DNA of 64,000 nt from Obrimoposthia wandeli (taxonomy: Eukaryota), in contig CDROCS010002422.1 of the NCBI GenBank assembly GCA_977020255.1, positions 310,001 to 374,000 on the forward strand. Reading direction: 5' to 3'. Below the pieces are notes generated by a model that was not told the DNA's origin, made no database searches, and worked only from the letters and a program-made list of their open reading frames with translations. Of the stretch, positions 27,920-39,277 are shown piece by piece. Position numbers and translations under genes: made by a program. How positions within the stretch are numbered: position 1 is the stretch's first letter; each line of letters begins with the position of its first letter.

Positions 27920-28003
27920 GGAGTAGCTGAATGTTTATGCATTTTGACATTCAACTTAAATCATGTGAATATCGTTATTAATTGAATAATTATTAACTTT
28001 AAG

Positions 28004-28900
28004 TTGAGTATGACTAAAATAAACCAATTAGAAAGCTTAAAAGTCCTAAAAGCAGTAGTGGAATGCGGTAGCTTTACAGCCGCATCTCAGCGGCTAAAAA
28101 TCTCGGTGGCAAGGGTTTCAAAATCAATAGAGCTGTTAGAAAAAGAACTAGGAACAGTACTATTCAACCGCAGTACCAGGCAAATGCAAGTTACTGCTAG
28201 CGGAGAGCATAGTTACGCCAGTGCTTTAAATTTAATTAATCAGTGGCAGGATTTGAAGGAGCAATTAATTGCCACGCAGGCAAACCCCAAAGGTAAAATA
28301 CGCATCAGTGCTCCTATGACTTGGGGGCTATCCAAACTCTCCCCTTTGCTCGATGACTTCATGCTAAAATTTCCGCTGATTAATCTCGATATTCAACTGA
28401 ATGATCAGCAAGTTAATGTACTCGCTGAGGAGTTTGATATCGTGCTGCGTTTAGCATATCAACTCACAGATAGCTCTTTGATATGTAAAAAGATAACAGA
28501 TTATCGGCTCATTGCCTGCGCCTCCCCGATGTATCTTCAAAAATACGGAGCCCCCAAACATCCTTTAGATCTAAAAAGTCACTCCTGTTTAATGTATAGC
28601 GCTAAACAAACCAACCGCAAATGGCAGTTTATCAGCGAGAATAAATCAGTAGATGTATTTGTTGAACCGAGGCTGCTTTCTAACAACAGTAAACTACTGC
28701 ATTCAGCGTTACTCAACGGCCAAGGGGTTGCTCTAATCCCCGACTTTATCGTTGCAGAGGATATTGCAGCGCGGCGTTTAATTCCAATACTTGGGCACTT
28801 TACAACACAGCAATTAAATTTATACGCACTACGGCCAAGTAACCATTTAGCTTCACATAGAGTCATGGTTTTACACGATTATTTGTGTGAGAATTTATAG
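28004..28900 (+). CDS. LysR-family regulator (CrgA-like)
   Basis: GSFTAAS..LFNRSTR HTH; divergent from the OYE gene. Confidence 0.95.
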   Translation: MSMTKINQLESLKVLKAVVECGSFTAASQRLKISVARVSKSIELLEKELGTVLFNRSTRQMQVTASGEHSYASALNLINQWQDLKEQLIATQANPKGKIRISAPMTWGLSKLSPLLDDFMLKFPLINLDIQLNDQQVNVLAEEFDIVLRLAYQLTDSSLICKKITDYRLIACASPMYLQKYGAPKHPLDLKSHSCLMYSAKQTNRKWQFISENKSVDVFVEPRLLSNNSKLLHSALLNGQGVALIPDFIVAEDIAARRLIPILGHFTTQQLNLYALRPSNHLASHRVMVLHDYLCENL

Positions 28901-29006
28901 CAACATGAGTTTAGAGCCACAAGCGTAAATATTTCTGCTCTGTGATGAATTATTTTCACACAGTTTTGCTCGCAAAACTGCGTATTAAACCCTTATTGAG
29001 ATAAAT

Positions 29007-29375
29007 ATGAATATTAAGCAATTTTCTGAGTTTGTGGGTGTTTCAGCCTATACTCTTCGATATTATGAAAAAATTGGTTTATTAAAAGATATAAATCGCA
29101 ATTCAAGCGGTCATCGCTACTTCACACCAAAAGACATTGAATGGATTAAGTTTGTTAAACGCCTTAAAGAGACTGGAATGCCCATCAAAACCATTAATGA
29201 CTATGCCGATTTCAGGCATCAAGGCCACAGTACAAGCAGGCAGAGAATGAAACTGCTTGAGGAACACGCAACACTACTAAAAAACAAAATTGCCCTTGAA
29301 ACACTTCACCTCCGGACATTAGAAGATAAAATTGAACATTATAAGATGGTAATTGAGAGTGAAATTGCCACTTGA
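29007..29375 (+). CDS. MerR-family regulator
   Basis: TLRYYEKIGLL...RNSSGHRYF; coiled-coil C-terminus. Confidence 0.95.
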   Translation: MNIKQFSEFVGVSAYTLRYYEKIGLLKDINRNSSGHRYFTPKDIEWIKFVKRLKETGMPIKTINDYADFRHQGHSTSRQRMKLLEEHATLLKNKIALETLHLRTLEDKIEHYKMVIESEIAT

Positions 29376-29402
29376 CTTAGAGTTCACTCTAAGGAGTAAG
29401 GT
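29372..29402 (+). promoter_or_regulatory. MerR-type promoter with 19-bp spacer and operator dyad
   Basis: -35 TTGACT (29372-29377), -10 TAAGGT (29397-29402), dyad CTTAGAGT-TC-ACTCTAAG (29376-29393). Confidence 0.85.
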
Positions 29403-29439
29403 TACTTTGTAAACCAAACAACCTACACAAGGAACCTTT

Positions 29440-29826
29440 ATGAATAACCAACGCTTTGAATCAGGACTGAAGCAACTAGAAAAAATCGATGGCGAAGCAG
29501 GCCAAAAAGTTATTGATAGTTTGGCCACTATTTCGCCTGATTTAGCTAACATGATTATTGAATTTGGCTTTGGAGAAATATATCAGCGCCCAGGGCTTGA
29601 TTTAAAGAGCAGAGAGCTAGCAACTGTAGCTGCATTAACGGCGCTCGGCAGTTGCCAGCCACAATTGAATGTCCATATTAACGGTGCTTTAAATGTTGGC
29701 TGCCAACCCAAGGAAGTTACTGAAACCATTATACAGATAGCCCTTTATGCTGGGTTTCCTGCATGCCTAAACGCAATGTTTGTAGCTAAAGAAGTCTTTA
29801 TTGAGCGCAACATTATTAAAGCCTGA
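29440..29826 (+). CDS. Carboxymuconolactone decarboxylase/AhpD-family protein
   Basis: FGFGEIYQRPGLDLKSRELATVAAL...HINGALNVG...YAGFP. Confidence 0.9.
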   Translation: MNNQRFESGLKQLEKIDGEAGQKVIDSLATISPDLANMIIEFGFGEIYQRPGLDLKSRELATVAALTALGSCQPQLNVHINGALNVGCQPKEVTETIIQIALYAGFPACLNAMFVAKEVFIERNIIKA

Positions 29827-30257
29827 CACTGCATCACAATGATCTATTACGTTGTGTTTTTTTCAAAACGTAAAACGCGTTAAACACACTTCGCCGGTGA
29901 GTCCGGCGTGAGTGCTTACGAGGAAACACACAAAGGCTAAACTTCGCCGCCTTTGTTAAGCCCCTACTCCACCGTTTCTACTCGATATCTAAACTAAAGC
30001 GATAGAGCGTCAGTCGCTGATTGTAATAAATTTAATAACAATGTGGGTTTACTTAAAAACTGCACTGCTGAGAAGTATAGTGCAACAAATATGACATATA
30101 CGGTAACAAGCGTTTAGGAAAATGCCTCTCAGTATAAATAAATAGATAGTTTAGCTATTAAAAACAATACATTACTTAATTTACTGGTTTATCAAAAAGT
30201 TATCATATACCCTTCAATCCATGTTTAATTAAATTACAAGTTATTGAGCTCTATACT

Positions 30258-31082
30258 ATGATTTTAAGTGGTAATCTATTATTTCACCGTTTTATTAAAA
30301 AATGGTTCGCACGTTCGATGTTAATTATAGGCTCTGTCTTTCCGTTAAGCAGCCTAGCAGTCATTAATATTCAAATTGTGAGTGAACAATTTCCACCGTT
30401 GCAATACATTAATGAAAAAGTTAATTCTGGTTATGTTCATCAGTATATTCAAGAAACAATACGGCGGGTAAATTTGAAACAGGACGTAAAGGTATCAAGT
30501 TATAAGTTTCTCCCTTGGAAGCGAGCTTTACTCAAAGCACAATCAGCACCTAATGTGCTCTTATTCTCTCTTTCGCGAACAGCTAAAAGAGAAAATAAAT
30601 ATCAGTGGCTAGGAGAAGTATCTGTTTATCAACAATCTTTTCATCGCTTAAAGAGCAACCCTGTTAAAGCAACGAACCTTGCCCAAGTTAAAAAACTTGG
30701 CTACTTATTATCGCTACAAAAAGGTTCTGCTGCTGCAGATTATTTAAAGAGCTTAGGGTTTGAATACAATACTGATTTTTATTACTATTTTAACTACCAA
30801 CAAGGCATAAAGCAGCTATTTAATAAAAGAGTTGATTTAATTGCTTTAAATGATACAACGGCTCGACATGCTGCATGTATGGAAGGTTTCGATGGTAATC
30901 AGCTTGTTCCTCATATACCCATAACCACTCTAGCAAAACCCCTTTGGGCGGTATTTAGTAAAGGGACTTCACCTGATTTAGTAGAACTATTTAGCAAGAC
31001 AATGGCAGAGATAAAAAATGAAGGGCTTTATGATGCGTACTACAATGAACATATGCAGCGATGGAATAGCCTACCTTGTTAG
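30258..31082 (+). CDS. Family-3 substrate-binding-domain protein (stand-alone)
   Basis: EQFPPLQY, LPWKRAL, RTAKRENKYQW; no permease nearby. Confidence 0.8.
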   Translation: MILSGNLLFHRFIKKWFARSMLIIGSVFPLSSLAVINIQIVSEQFPPLQYINEKVNSGYVHQYIQETIRRVNLKQDVKVSSYKFLPWKRALLKAQSAPNVLLFSLSRTAKRENKYQWLGEVSVYQQSFHRLKSNPVKATNLAQVKKLGYLLSLQKGSAAADYLKSLGFEYNTDFYYYFNYQQGIKQLFNKRVDLIALNDTTARHAACMEGFDGNQLVPHIPITTLAKPLWAVFSKGTSPDLVELFSKTMAEIKNEGLYDAYYNEHMQRWNSLPC

Positions 31083-31713
31083 AGAGTTAACAACTGTGTT
31101 TCCTATATTCAATAGTAGCTACTGTAAACCAGCGATATAAATATATAAAACCTCCAAAAAACAGCGATTGTGTCTGTTTATGTATATCAATAAACTCTGC
31201 TATTTCGCCGATTTTTTCCTCGTTTTATTATCCTTCGTTTTGCTGATAGTTCTATAAACAACCAACCTTAGTGAGCAACCGTGAATTAAACAGTAAACGT
31301 AGTTAATCACTAATCGTTTAAATACCTTTCAAAATCTGTTTCACTGAAAGGATAGCTCATAAAGTACCCATACATCGAATCACACTCAGTGTCTACTACA
31401 AAGCTGTGTTGCGCTATTCCAAACGACTTCCATGAAATTATGGAAGATCCATCGCTCATTTTATAAGCTTGTAATTGTTGCGCTATCAATAATAGCGCAA
31501 CATTCCCTTGTTTTTTGCGCAACAGGGAGCTTTACCCGCCTTGATCGGCACACGAGTGATCTTTGGATTCATTATCAATTTCCATCCATCAATACCTACT
31601 GTATACCTACTAAACGAATTCATATCTCTCAACAATGGCAAGCACTGCCCTGTAAACATCCAACTTGAAAATAAAACGTTGATTGTAGCCCACCGTTTTA
31701 TCCTATTACCCTA

Positions 31714-32457
31714 TTACATTAAGCCGTTTTCTTTCAAAATAGCATCGTAAACACCGTTTTCCTTAATGACAGCTAATCCTTTATTAAAGTCAGATATTAT
31801 TTTTTGATTATTGGGGTTTTTTAAACCACTCGTAATATGCAGTGTGTTACTCGATAGAGCATTCGTTGAGAAGGCAATTTTGTCCTTGAGCTTGGGCGCT
31901 TTTTTTGCGATCAGCGCACGAGCGACTATTTCATCTTCCAAGGTTAAATCTATGCGCCCGCCAGCCAATTTTTTCAGGTTTTTTATGAAGTCATTGGTCT
32001 CTCGTTTTTTGAAGTTAGTCGCTGCCATAAACTCATCACCGTACCCGTAATCTCGCACTGTGCCGACTGTCTTGCCGTTTAGACTCGTAATTGTATCAAA
32101 TTCAAACGAATCCCCAGCTTGTTTTATGAACTTTATATTATTAACTAAGTACTCGTCACTGTAGTTTAAAAACGTAGTTCGCTCTTTCGTTATCCACGTT
32201 CCGACAAGGATATCAACCTTCCCGTCCTTCACACTACCAATAGCCCTCGCCCATGGTGCGAATTTCATTTCCACTTCATGCCCTTGAACTTTTAAGGCCG
32301 CTCTTACAATTTCCAGTGCAATGCCCTGATTAGGTAGCTCTGGTGATAGAAACGGTGGCCATGGATCACCTATTGCGGTTATTTTGTCAGCATGGCTAAT
32401 TCCAGGTAGAACAAGTAATAGTGTGATAGCTGTAGCTAGTAAGCGTCTCATATGCAA
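31714..32457 (-). CDS. Family-3 substrate-binding-domain protein (stand-alone)
   Basis: Signal peptide ending SHA; DPWPPF, PWARA, GRIDL. Confidence 0.85.
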   Translation of the reverse strand: MHMRRLLATAITLLLVLPGISHADKITAIGDPWPPFLSPELPNQGIALEIVRAALKVQGHEVEMKFAPWARAIGSVKDGKVDILVGTWITKERTTFLNYSDEYLVNNIKFIKQAGDSFEFDTITSLNGKTVGTVRDYGYGDEFMAATNFKKRETNDFIKNLKKLAGGRIDLTLEDEIVARALIAKKAPKLKDKIAFSTNALSSNTLHITSGLKNPNNQKIISDFNKGLAVIKENGVYDAILKENGLM

Positions 32458-32689
32458 ATCTCCAGTATTGTCTTAGTTATATTGGTTGAATCGGTGTTTT
32501 TAGCATTACCTTGCTTATGCTAATTTTTATTACTCACAAAAATGAAGGGCCTCTAATAAATTGAGTTGATAATATTCTTAGAATCGTGTGTTACAAACAG
32601 GTCGTTGTTCATAAATCATACACCCGTATCGTTTCAGTTTATTTATATTTGCGACAACCATGATATAAATCACGACAATAAAATTTTCC

Positions 32690-33339
32690 GGCACTGTAGT
32701 TGAACTTGAAAGATGGATGCCGAAAATAGCCATTTATCCCCCCTAATTTATGGAAGGTTGATAGCACCTATTTCAATAACAATCCCCACAGAGGGTGCAC
32801 AACCAAGAGGCTGTTAAAATTATAAGAAAACATTCAAAGCACTTAAAACCCCGACAGTTCAAATGTCGCTACAATACAGTGGAAGCTGATGATGCAAAGC
32901 TGAAACGGCTTATCAAGCCCCTTAGAGAAATTCAATCAATGCGAACCCTCGTTTCCCCCAACAATCGACACACTTGGCAATAGATTCTATAGCCCGCTGC
33001 GCGTAGCTTAAATAGTACCAAGCAACAGAGGTTGTCATCTTACATATTGATTAATTTCTTATTTTTCATATCACGCCTGAGCAGATAGTGAGACGAATGA
33101 AGATAGTCGTGTTATCAGCAACTTAAGGGGCTGAGGCGGGTATATATTCGATGTAGGATCGTATTGATTGATGAGCGAGTAAGTATTTGTAACAGAATTT
33201 GAAAAATTCAATTTTTTGGCAAACGAGCAAGTTACCTTATGAGAAAGCGTCTGATTAAACATTAGCTGCTCGGTTATTAATAAAAAATAAGGCTGCATCG
33301 CGAAAATTAGTTTCTCTTGAATATTTGCAACGCAGCGCT
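32690..33339. mobile_element. Decayed IS6-family element
   Basis: GGCACTGT at 32690 and an inverted GCGCTGCGTTGCAAATA-like end at 33321-33339 resemble IS6-type ends (GGCACTGTTGCAAA) and bracket the transposase fragment. Confidence 0.4.
32852..32947 (+). pseudogene. IS6-family transposase fragment
   Basis: RQFKCRYNTVEADDAKLKRLIKPLREIQSMRT resembles the IS26-type C-terminal segment RQIKYRNNVIECDHGKLKRII..GFKSMKT. Confidence 0.65.
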
Positions 33340-33354
33340 AGATTAGCGTAATAC

Positions 33355-35232
33355 TTAAACCTTGAATTGTTGCAGTATTTTACTTTGCTCCTCGGTCAAC
33401 TCAGTCATCGTTGACGATAATTCTAATTGGCCTTGTGCTTGCCCTACAACTTCCTGGCTAATATCTCTGATAGTGACAGTATTGTGATTAATCTCTTCAC
33501 TTGTAGCGCTTTGCTGTTGTGCTGCGGTTGCTATTTGCGTCGTTATATCAGTTATCTCTGACACTGAGGTACGTATGTTATTGAGAACAGCGTCCGCCTT
33601 AGCGGCCTCCTCGCTGGTAGTATTAGCAAAAACTCTACTTTTTTCGATATTATCAACGGCAGACTGAACCCCTTCTTGTAATTGCTGAATGATGACTGTT
33701 GTTTCATCTGTAGATAGCTGGGTTCTACCTGCTAGGGCCCTTACTTCATCGGCAACAACTGCAAAACCTCTGCCTGAATCACCCGCTCTAGCCGCTTCTA
33801 TTGCCGCGTTGAGTGCTAGTAAGTTTGTCTGTTGTGCGATGGCTTTGATAGAGGTCAGTACCGACTCAATTTCATCACTATATTTTTCAAGTAAGTTTAC
33901 TATTGCAACCGTTTCATCCATATCTCTAACTAATGCAGAAATAGACTCTGATGTTTGAGTAACAATAGCAGCCCCTTCGGCAGCTGCACTGTCTGCTAAC
34001 TGGGCAGCACTCGCAGCTCTTTTAGCATTCTCAGCGACATCTTGAGCCGAATAAGACATCTCTGTTATTGCCGTTGACAGCGAGTCTAACTCTTTAAGTT
34101 GCTTATTTAAATCATGAGCAGTTTTGGTAGCTGAAGTAAAATTCTCGCTGGTACTATTATTTATTTGATTTGACATTTTTTTAACGTCAATAATAATATT
34201 CTGTAAATGTTGAATAAACCCATTAAACTCATTCGAAACGTGGCCAAACTCATTTTTTGATGCGATATCGAGCCGCTGGGTTAAATCACCATTACCGCTA
34301 TTAATTTCTACTAATGAAGACTGTAAATTATTCAGAGGTCTAAAAAGGGATTTAATAGTTAGAAACAGTGCTATCGCTGTTAATGCGATACTTAAAGCAG
34401 CTCCAATAATAGCGGCTAATCCGAAATCACTGGCCTCTTGCAATACTTTCTTTTTATTTAAAACAACCCCAATAGACCAATCAGAGCCTCTTAATGATTC
34501 AAGTTTATAGAAAGCCGTTAGTACTTTTAACCCTGCGACACTATTCTCTTGAAGCCCAGCTGATTTTGAAACCGTTTGTTCAAACAAATCAGAGGTATTC
34601 TTACCATTGAACTCAAGTTCAGGGTGAGAAATTATTTTACCATTATTATTAATTAAAAATGCATATCCAGTGTTACTAAAATTTACCTTATTAATAGCGT
34701 CTGAAATGCTTTTTAAACTCAAGTCACCACCAAAAGCACCTTTAAATTCGCCTTTTTCTTGGATGCGTGCCACAGCAGATATTAAAATTATATTATCAGT
34801 TGAGCTTACATATGGCTCAGTTAAAACTGCAACTTCACTTGATTTGGCTACGTTGTACCACGGCCTTTTTCTGGCATCCCAATCACTTAGCTGCAAACTC
34901 GGATCATTGGATATTAACGAGCCATTCGTATCTAAACCTCCAAATATTAGGATAAAACCATCACCGAGTACTGGATTATCAAATGCAGCCTGGATTTGCT
35001 GAGGGCCATAGTTTCTATCAATACTTTTGGCTGTCATTTCTATTAGATCAAGTCGACCATTTAGCCAACCACTAATTTGATCTGCAATTACTTGTGACGT
35101 TTCCGCTACATTATCAGAAGCTCTTTCATACAAAGTTTCCCTAACAGAGCTATATTGAAGCCAAGAAAATAATGAAAATGTAATTAATATTATTACTGAA
35201 GAAACAAGAACTATTTGATTGGGCGCTTTCAT
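33355..35232 (-). CDS. Methyl-accepting chemotaxis protein (dCache-HAMP-MA)
   Basis: WDARKRPWY...TEPY Cache motif; [17 protein letters not shown] signalling hairpin. Confidence 0.95.
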   Translation of the reverse strand: MKAPNQIVLVSSVIILITFSLFSWLQYSSVRETLYERASDNVAETSQVIADQISGWLNGRLDLIEMTAKSIDRNYGPQQIQAAFDNPVLGDGFILIFGGLDTNGSLISNDPSLQLSDWDARKRPWYNVAKSSEVAVLTEPYVSSTDNIILISAVARIQEKGEFKGAFGGDLSLKSISDAINKVNFSNTGYAFLINNNGKIISHPELEFNGKNTSDLFEQTVSKSAGLQENSVAGLKVLTAFYKLESLRGSDWSIGVVLNKKKVLQEASDFGLAAIIGAALSIALTAIALFLTIKSLFRPLNNLQSSLVEINSGNGDLTQRLDIASKNEFGHVSNEFNGFIQHLQNIIIDVKKMSNQINNSTSENFTSATKTAHDLNKQLKELDSLSTAITEMSYSAQDVAENAKRAASAAQLADSAAAEGAAIVTQTSESISALVRDMDETVAIVNLLEKYSDEIESVLTSIKAIAQQTNLLALNAAIEAARAGDSGRGFAVVADEVRALAGRTQLSTDETTVIIQQLQEGVQSAVDNIEKSRVFANTTSEEAAKADAVLNNIRTSVSEITDITTQIATAAQQQSATSEEINHNTVTIRDISQEVVGQAQGQLELSSTMTELTEEQSKILQQFKV

Positions 35233-35647
35233 GTTTATATCCTATTCATATGCATTTATTCTATCCAAAAACAATCATTTGATTAAATCAGGCTAACAAT
35301 TCTCCAATGAAGTTACAATCAATTAATGTCAAACAAACCAATAGCTTGAGGCAAAAAAAACACAACCCAAATGATGCCTCTTGAATTTGATACGATGACC
35401 AAATAAGCATCGATAAACTCTTGCCAGCTTAGATCCCTTTCAATCACTTCACACCGATAATTTAACCCTTACTTATTTATTCCTCGCGTTACTCAATCCA
35501 GTTTTCTGAATCTCACAAACCGAATCGAATTCGACGCAGCCATCCCCTATAGCTTCACCATTCGATTAAAACACGCTCTTACATACTCTTTGCTCGCTTA
35601 ATCCATTTCACCAATCAATCTAAATGTATGCTTTTTTACCAACCTAT

Positions 35648-35673
35648 ATATCAAATCTTTAAAGATTTGATAT
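35648..35673. promoter_or_regulatory. 26-bp perfect palindrome upstream of the MscS-like gene
   Basis: ATATCAAATCTTTAAAGATTTGATAT is its own reverse complement. Confidence 0.6.
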
Positions 35674-35698
35674 CATGAATTTTATTCCCTATTGATTA

Positions 35699-37930
35699 TT
35701 GGTTAGTGATATGTTGAAGCTCATTTGCACCACTTTTTTCTCTTTACTGTTATTACTTAGTAGTGCTAACAATGTTTACGCAACGCACGCTGATTCTTTT
35801 ACTAAAGGCAAGCATAGTACTAAGCAAGAATACAGTTACGACGGCTCTGATATGGCAAGATTTGTCATCCTCAACCAGGCAAAGGAGCGTAAAGATGAAC
35901 TGATGGATAGTATTGAGCACTGGCCTGAGCAAAAAGAGCGCCTAATTCACAACTTAACCAATGATCGAGATTTTGACCAAATCCTATCTTTATTGGCTAT
36001 TTTCTGCCTAATGCTGCTGGTCGCTTTTATTGCCGAACGCATCATTATCTATAAAATGAATAGCATTTATCACCGTTTAACTGAGAAGAACAAAGGAAAT
36101 TGGGGAAATAGCCTTAAGCTATTATTGTTTAACGCATCGTTACATTTTTTTGGATTGGCAATATTTGCAGTTATCGCCGGTGCGATCGCTGCATATAACT
36201 ATGGTGAAGGCGATTCCTTTAGGATCCTGAGTTTGCACGCACTTGGGTTAGTATTAAAAATTCGCATCCTATCTATAGTGCTAAAACTTGTGCTAGCGCC
36301 CTATTCAGCTGGCATCAGGCTATTAAAAATGGAGTGTGAAGACGCCAAACGCCTCTTTTATTCAATTCTGGCCTTCCTTTCTTTATACTTAGTCATTACC
36401 ACTTTTTGGCGCATGTTAGCACTTTTCTCTCTCGACCCAATTATGTTTGCCTTACTCGTTCCTCTAACAGGGTTCGTATTAAACATTTGCTCTATCGCCC
36501 TCGTTTGGTTTAATCGGGACGTGATGACCCGTATGTTTACCAAAAGCGTAGTACGCAGTTCAAATTTCACACAAATATTAAGCCAAATATGGCCTACCGT
36601 CATTACTTTCTGGCTGTTAGTTATTTGGTCTATTTGGGCCGTAAATGAATTCCTAGGTAACTATGAAGAAGCGGCAAGAATATCGGCGGCATGGTGGCTC
36701 ACTTTTAGTTTTCCTATTTTAGATAGAATTATCTTTGTACTACTGTCACAGCTAAAAAAAATTGCATGGCTACAGAGCCACTCCTATGAAAAGCGCTGTG
36801 ATATTTTTATTCACCGCGTCATTATTGCGATTAGAGTGATAGTGTTAGTAGTTGTGATCAACTTAACTGACAGCAGTTTTGGCTATAACGCTTGGGAGAT
36901 GCTCGCCGATAATCTAGGCGGTTTTATTAAAATGTCTGTCGATGTTGTTATCGTTTTAATTTTCGCCTACGCGGTATGGGAAGTTATTCAATCGGCAATC
37001 GAAAGGCATTTGCCTCATAGCGTAAACGCAGAGAAAGAAGATGACGGACTGTCCTCTTTAGAAGGTGAAGGAGGCGGTTCCGGTGCCTCTCGCTCTGAAA
37101 CGTTACTGCCGTTAGTACGCTCCTTTTTATTAGTGTTCTTAATGGTCAGTGTTATTTTAACTGTTTTGAGCATCATTGGAGTCGAGATCGCTCCGTTATT
37201 AGCCGGTGCGGGTATTATCGGTATTGCGGTCGGTTTTGGTGCGCAAAAATTAGTTCAAGATGTAATTTCAGGTATATTCTTTCTACTTGATGATGCTTTT
37301 CGCAGAGGCGAATACATAGAAGCTGCAGGACTTCGCGGTACTGTTGAACGTATTTCAGTACGCTCTATTCGCTTACGTCATCACTTAGGGGCTGTGCAAA
37401 CCATTCCATTTAGTGAAATAGCCACTGTACGTAACTTGTCTCGTGATTGGATCACCATGAAGCTAGAGTTCCGCTTGGATTATCGTACCGATGTTGAAGT
37501 GGTGCGCAAGCTCATTAAGAAGGTGGGCCTCAAGATGCTAGAGCACCCTGAATACGGCAAGTTCTTTTTGCTACCGCTTAAATCACAAGGGGTGATTCGC
37601 GTCGAAGAATCTGCATTGATATTTCGGATGAAATTCACTTGCGTCCCAGGCGAGCAGTGGATTATTCGCCGTGAGGCTTTCACTAAAGTGAAAGATTCAC
37701 TGAAGAAAAATGGTATTGAATTTGCTCACAGATCTGTGCATGTGCTAATGCATGATAAGGTCGAAGACACAACGCTTGAAGCAGCACCTGGAGTATCCAT
37801 TAAAAAACAGGAACTAAAAGACGCTATTGAGCAAAATGATGCTTTAAAAGGTCCTATAGCTGGCGCAGCTGCATCCGCAGTCACAAATGAAATGAGAAGG
37901 CAGGACAAAATTGACCAAGACTTCGATTGA
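35699..37930 (+). CDS. Large MscS-family mechanosensitive channel
   Basis: Multi-TM N-terminus; LLAGAGIIGIAVGFGAQKLVQDVISG...GTVERISVRS MscS core. Confidence 0.92.
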   Translation: MVSDMLKLICTTFFSLLLLLSSANNVYATHADSFTKGKHSTKQEYSYDGSDMARFVILNQAKERKDELMDSIEHWPEQKERLIHNLTNDRDFDQILSLLAIFCLMLLVAFIAERIIIYKMNSIYHRLTEKNKGNWGNSLKLLLFNASLHFFGLAIFAVIAGAIAAYNYGEGDSFRILSLHALGLVLKIRILSIVLKLVLAPYSAGIRLLKMECEDAKRLFYSILAFLSLYLVITTFWRMLALFSLDPIMFALLVPLTGFVLNICSIALVWFNRDVMTRMFTKSVVRSSNFTQILSQIWPTVITFWLLVIWSIWAVNEFLGNYEEAARISAAWWLTFSFPILDRIIFVLLSQLKKIAWLQSHSYEKRCDIFIHRVIIAIRVIVLVVVINLTDSSFGYNAWEMLADNLGGFIKMSVDVVIVLIFAYAVWEVIQSAIERHLPHSVNAEKEDDGLSSLEGEGGGSGASRSETLLPLVRSFLLVFLMVSVILTVLSIIGVEIAPLLAGAGIIGIAVGFGAQKLVQDVISGIFFLLDDAFRRGEYIEAAGLRGTVERISVRSIRLRHHLGAVQTIPFSEIATVRNLSRDWITMKLEFRLDYRTDVEVVRKLIKKVGLKMLEHPEYGKFFLLPLKSQGVIRVEESALIFRMKFTCVPGEQWIIRREAFTKVKDSLKKNGIEFAHRSVHVLMHDKVEDTTLEAAPGVSIKKQELKDAIEQNDALKGPIAGAAASAVTNEMRRQDKIDQDFD

Positions 37931-38068
37931 TGCTCTCTTAACGAAGTTAAAATAAGGGTATATTAAGCGGCTGGTTTTTAATTCTAACCTTAATGATTCT
38001 TTTAAATCAGCTAGTAACTATCTTAGCTGAAATATTTTTGGTAACCTTGGCCCAAATAAAAATCCGAT

Positions 38069-39277
38069 GTGAAGAGAGAGTGCGTGCGTAGTAAGTTAAA
38101 TAATAGCCGTGTACTGATTTATAGCCACGATTCTTTTGGTTTGGGCCACTTGCGCCGCTGCCGCACAATTGCACACGCCCTTGTTGATAGATATAAAGGC
38201 TTATCTGTGCTGATTATGACAGGTTCGCCAATTATTGGTCGCTTTGATTTTAAAGCGCGTGTCGATTTTATTCGCATCCCTGGTGTTATCAAACTACACA
38301 ACGGTGAATACACCTCCCTCGGCTTACATATAGATTTAGCAGACACTTTAGCGATGCGTGAATCTATTATTTTAAACACTTCAAAAATGTTTCAACCAGA
38401 TATTTTTCTAGTCGATAAAGAACCTGGCGGCTTACAAGGAGAAGTCATTAGCACTTTGGAATATTTCAAAGACACTGACACACAATGTATTTTGGGTTTG
38501 CGCGACATCATGGATTCCCCAGAGTTATTAAAAGCAGAATGGCAGCAGAAAAATGTGTTACCGCTGCTCAAAAACTATTACGACGAATTATGGGTTTACG
38601 GCCCCCAAGAAATGGGTGATCCACTTCAAGGTCTGGATATTCACCAGCAAGTAAAAGATAAAACGCTATACACAGGTTACCTTCCAAGACAGCTACCTGA
38701 GCAAACAGACACCGACACCATCAATTTCCCCGATAAACCTTACATTTTAGTGACCCCTGGCGGCGGCGGCGATGGCATTGAAATGGTCGATTGGGTGTTG
38801 CGCGCTTATGAAGCTGACCTTCATTTAATGCCAGCACTGTTTGTTATCGGCCCGTTTATGCCCGCAACTGAACGCAACTTATTCTTGCAGCGCGCCGAAC
38901 ATTTACCACATGTCAGTGCCATCACTTTTAGCAACCATTTAGAGCATCTAATGGTTAGCGCTGATGCCGTTATTGCCATGGGTGGTTACAATACTTTTTG
39001 CGAAATTCTCTCCTTTGATAAAGCAGCACTGATACTCCCTAGAAGTACACCGCGGCAAGAACAATTAATACGTGCGCGAAATGCCGCAGCGATCGGCTTA
39101 TTATCTATGCTAGATCTAGCGGGTGAACGCAGTACAGTTGATATGATACAAGCGATTGAACGTCTACAGTTACAACCTAAGCCAAGTACACAGCCGATTG
39201 AGAAGTTGCTCAACGGCTTAGACTTTGTCGCGAAGCGATTTGGCGAGCTAGTAGAAGAATCGTTGCCAAGCGAATAG
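38069..39277 (+). CDS. Predicted GT-B glycosyltransferase (COG4671-like)
   Basis: YSHDSFGLGHLRR; TPGGGGDG; MGGYNTFCE. Confidence 0.8.
   Translation: MKRECVRSKLNNSRVLIYSHDSFGLGHLRRCRTIAHALVDRYKGLSVLIMTGSPIIGRFDFKARVDFIRIPGVIKLHNGEYTSLGLHIDLADTLAMRESIILNTSKMFQPDIFLVDKEPGGLQGEVISTLEYFKDTDTQCILGLRDIMDSPELLKAEWQQKNVLPLLKNYYDELWVYGPQEMGDPLQGLDIHQQVKDKTLYTGYLPRQLPEQTDTDTINFPDKPYILVTPGGGGDGIEMVDWVLRAYEADLHLMPALFVIGPFMPATERNLFLQRAEHLPHVSAITFSNHLEHLMVSADAVIAMGGYNTFCEILSFDKAALILPRSTPRQEQLIRARNAAAIGLLSMLDLAGERSTVDMIQAIERLQLQPKPSTQPIEKLLNGLDFVAKRFGELVEESLPSE

Noticed and set aside
31310-31750. Possible frameshifted hypothetical gene between the two family-3 SBP genes
   Set aside because: Several short overlapping ORFs on both strands and an A run near 31511-31516, but no recognisable motif lets me choose a frame.
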